A stretch of 64,000 nt of DNA, from the NCBI RefSeq assembly GCF_009914755.1, contig NC_060926.1; one strand, 5' to 3'. The position numbers and the translations under genes were made by a program. The notes below the pieces were generated by a model that saw only the letters and a program-made list of their open reading frames with translations, ran no database searches and was not told the origin of the DNA. Source of the stretch: the human T2T-CHM13v2.0 reference genome, Homo sapiens. Of the stretch, positions 60,075 to 64,000 are shown piece by piece. Every line of letters starts with the position of its first letter. The stretch's first letter is position 1.

Positions 60075-61100
60075 CCAACACAAAGAATTTCTTTCACTGA
60101 ATTTACAAGAGAAAGATGGAAGGCAAAACTGGAAACCTGAGAGAGATCCCTGAGTGTCTCACAAACATGAAACCCCATCCAATCCTGACTCTTCTCTGAT
60201 ACAAAGGAAAACTCCTAAACCACTGGGGAAGAGAAAGAAGACCTTCCACCTCCCTGAAGCAAGACAACGGTCCTGTGAAAGAGGTACAAACAAATAATCT
60301 GCCTCTAGAAAAGGAGCAGGGAACCCTTTTTCCTCCAAAGGCAAAGTAAGCTGCAAAGACAAGTTGTCATTGAAGCAGAAGTAAAAGGCAAAGCCGTATG
60401 TCCCTGAGGGAGGGGTAAGAAACCCCCTGGTCCCACTACAAACTTGTTAGTCATAGCAAGCAATGCTAGTGTATTGCTTGGAAATGGGTAAGAAATTCTG
60501 TTGCCACTGGTCCCAGACAAAGGTACAGCAACACTCAGGGAAGAATAGGAGCGAAAGCTGTCTAACCCTGGAAAAGGGGCACAAAAATTGCCCGGACACA
60601 AAATTGTATATTGATATTAAAAAAAAAAGACAATTGCTGCCCTGGGGATGGGGCAGAAAATTATCTCCTGCCCAAAACTCCCCTAGATATAAGGCAGAGT
60701 TTCACAGCCACAGGAGGAGAAGGGCCCACCTTCAAAACCCAGACACGCAGGACCTAAGACCAAGACTGGCACAAGAGAAAAGAGAACCTTTTTTTGCATC
60801 CACCATGAATCTTCCACTTAGTAACAGGTCACAGCATTCTACCATTGAGAGAAGGATAAGAGTGTGGAGAGAGACCTTCCAGTAAGGCTGACATGCAGGA
60901 AATATTGAAAACTGAGGGATGAAAAGACATATTCCAGGTCCCACGCTAAGCACAAAGTAGCATCTGTCCACCAAGGGAGGGATCTGAAAGCTTTGGCTCC
61001 GTAAAGGTAATTATAACAAAAACAAAACCCAAATCCAGCCTATTTGATTGGCCAAATCCTTCACACTAATAAACTGACAATAAATATGCTTTTTCTCCAG
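60075..61100 (+). mobile_element. Probable ancient L1M 5' region
   Basis: Purine-rich block ending AACAAAAACAAAACCCAAATCCAGC...CACACTAA, resembling L1MC/MD 5' ends; recalled similarity only. Confidence 0.5.
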
Positions 61101-61611
61101 ATATAAATTTTACTTATGTGAACCTCTAAAATAGGAAGGAGAGGATGGAGGGATACTTTTCACCTCAACTCTAGTGATGGAGCTTCTGTGGTGCCTCTAT
61201 GAGGACTTTGAACTTAGCTCTCTTCAGTTGATTTTTTTTCCATGCATGAAACTCACGTCTCAGAATGTCTCACTTCTGGCTCACACTTGAGAAAGCTAAA
61301 CACATTCTATAGGATAGTAGGCAGGATAGTGTTGGCTGATTTGCACTATGGCTGCACTCCCAGAGTATATTGGGGCAAAAGGCTCGCAGTAATTCTGCAG
61401 ACCAAAGGCAGACCACACAGGATAGAATTCTGGCAGATAAATATCTTTGATCTAGTGCAACAAGGTTGTCCAGCTGGATACAGGGATTCAAACAATAAGA
61501 GAATGGACATTCGGGGATGCAAAGTAACAAGCAAAAACTTCATGTCCTTTGGCCAAAGGAAATGAAATTAGAAAGATCCAGCAGAAGGAAGACTTCCAAA
61601 AACCTTGCAAG

Positions 61612-61682
61612 CGCAGACACACACAGACACATGCGCACGTGCATGTACACACACACTCACATACAAACACACACACATCCAT
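61612..61682. repeat. Degenerate (CA)n
   Basis: Read directly. Confidence 0.9.
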
Positions 61683-62715
61683 ACCCCTCAAGAGAGTCTA
61701 TTTTAAAAGATCTACCAGGCTCACAAAGAGGCTAAAGTATAATGGGACTAGTTCAAATAAGATTTTTTTAATCTCCTTACCTCTCTTTACCACTGTTACC
61801 TCTTCCAGTCAATGTTGAGAGGTGAGTGGGCATCAGAAGCTAACTAGCAGGGACATATAGATATTCAGCCCAGAAAAGTAAAAACTAAAAATAATTAAAA
61901 AAAAAAATCTAGCAAGCTGGGAGGGGTGGGAAAATAAATGCAGGGCAGAGAAACAGAGAATGCAACAAATACGCCCTCCAGTCCTTCTCCGGGCCAGAGG
62001 CAGCACAAAAGTGGGAAACAAGTAAGATTTGATGACACAATGAATTTAGAATTTTGATTTGTGTGTATATATGGTGGACTATGCATTCTAATGACCAAAT
62101 TGAGATTTCATTTCTGACTTAAAATGACTGACAGTTCTGTCTACTACCTAGTGTAAGCTGAAAGGATTGGGATTTGACCAAGTTTTGATGTGGAGTAAGA
62201 AAGATTACTGAGTACATTTTAAAGGTCAGTGGGAGGTAAAAATAAAGTTATGCCTTAGATATGTCAGAGTCACATTTTTAAACATACTGGTTACACAATG
62301 ACTATTACTACTCCCTAAAATGTTCTCATAATAGCTAGTGTCGTGGGAGTTTTCTCAGCATGTATTATGGATATTGTTCAGTCTCACAATTTGAGGTAGT
62401 GCTTCCTACTTTGGTATCCCTAAAGTCAAGTCAATCTAGACCAACTATATTGTATTGAGAAATTCGTATTAACTAACCTAAGCAATAGTTTAATTGTAGT
62501 TAAAGTTCATAATAGTATTCCTAAGTAAATGAAGAATTCCTAAAGGACTTCTGAAGTAGTAACTAAGAATTCCATAATGCTAAGTATGATAAAGTAACTG
62601 AGTTGAATGTATTTCTTTATTTTAATTCATGCTGAATATTGGTAATTTATTTAAGTGTGTAAGAAAATTACCAATCAGAATATTTATTAATGTAACAATT
62701 ATATATATAATAATA

Positions 62716-63251
62716 CAACAGTCTTAACCATGGTTTCACCTTCCATGGTTTCAGTTACTCTTTGTCAGCCACAGTCTGAAAATACTAAATGGAAAATTCC
62801 AGAAGTAAACAACTCATAAGTTTTAAATTGTCTGCTGTTCTGAGTAACATTTTGAAACCTTGCACTGTCATTTCACTCAGTCCTGCTTAGCACGGGAATC
62901 ATTCCTTCATCCTGCATATCCACACTCTATGTTACCTATCTGTTATTCACTTACTGGCCACCCAGGTTGTAAGATTGACAGACCACAAGAAGAGTGAGTA
63001 CAGTACAGTAAGGTATTTTGAGAGACAGAGACTACATGCACATAACATTTATTATAGCATGTTGTTATAATTGTTCTATTATCATTATTGTTGTGAGTCT
63101 CTTACTATGCCCATTTATAAATTAAATTTTATCACAGGTATGTGTGCATAAGAAAAAACATGGTGTATATATAGAGTTCAACACTATCCATGGTTTCAGG
63201 TATCCACTGAGGGTTTTTGAACTTATTTACCTCCGATAAAGGGGGCTACTG
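62716..63251 (+). mobile_element. MER44B-like (Tigger7) element
   Basis: CCATGGTTTCAGTTAC...GTCTGAAAATACTAAATGGAAAATTCCAGAA...GATAAAGGGGGCTACTG|TA. Confidence 0.85.
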
Positions 63252-64000
63252 TAGCTCTATGGGACTTTAGAGATTACCATGTATTTTCACCTTCTCTCTT
63301 TTGACCTTCCCAGCAATCTAACATCTATAATAGACTTCTTTACAGAAGTTTCTAGAGCTCTTTTGAGCTCACATGTGTATATACATATGGGTATATTTTG
63401 TGTTTGTCATTACGGATGCATATGTACACATGCTTATTTTGGGTGGAAATAAAGGAAAGGATGTCTTCTCCTCTGTGTTTACTAGAACCCTCTAGCCACC
63501 ATAGCCAATTCCATCTTTTCATCATTTGATAGGTTTTATAACCCATATTTTAATCTTCTCGTATGCATGTCTACTTTTCAGACAAAAATACATATATTGG
63601 TTCAAATTACTTTTCAAACATCTCATCTAGTTCTGGAGAAATAATATGAGAAATATATATTTACAGACTAAATGTGAAACTGAACACTGTTTTCAAGAAT
63701 CAAATCTCAAGTAAATTCTATGAAAATGTCTTATTCACTGTCAACAGGAGTCAGTATGTGCAAACAGGCTATATTCTTGACACTCAGTGTGATAACAATA
63801 TTCATTGATCTCAAGAGTTGCAAATGTTGACAAATATCTCCTTTACAATTTTATTTAGACTATATGGCATGACTGACAAATGTACTCATTATTTCCTTTA
63901 ATAGTTGGTCAGAGTATATATCTTAGAGTCTTAAAGCTTTTCTTCAAGAGAAAAAGTTCAGAGTTAAAGGCAGAAAAATAAGATTGATATTTACCTGAAA

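Noticed and set aside
62638-62675. 11-bp inverted repeat with 16-nt loop
   Set aside because: AT-rich and plausible by chance; no RNA-gene features.

Overview
Primate (most likely human) AT-rich genomic DNA from inside one very large minus-strand gene, LRP1B (LDL receptor-related protein 1B). Seven coding exons can be spliced by hand with GT-AG junctions and matching phases: 43832-43652, 39644-39425, 37474-37285, 29172-29050, 17845-17705, 13367-13242, 5987-5871 (probably exons 12-18; numbering from memory). They encode the back part of a YWTD beta-propeller, an EGF repeat and three LDL-receptor class A repeats. The rest is intron filled with Alu, L1, L2, MIR, solo LTRs, DNA-transposon relics, microsatellites and a Y1 RNA retrocopy. 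I find no evidence of a new multi-gene system. The most unusual local structures are an iterative, microhomology-linked templated insertion inside a Tigger3a element (30339-30455, copied from 31807-31897), a twin-primed L1, a Y RNA copy with a TATA element at about -30, inverted Alu pairs around exon blocks, a 125-bp tandem duplication and a pure (AT)21 tract. Repeat subfamily names come from recalled consensus sequences and old-repeat boundaries are approximate.
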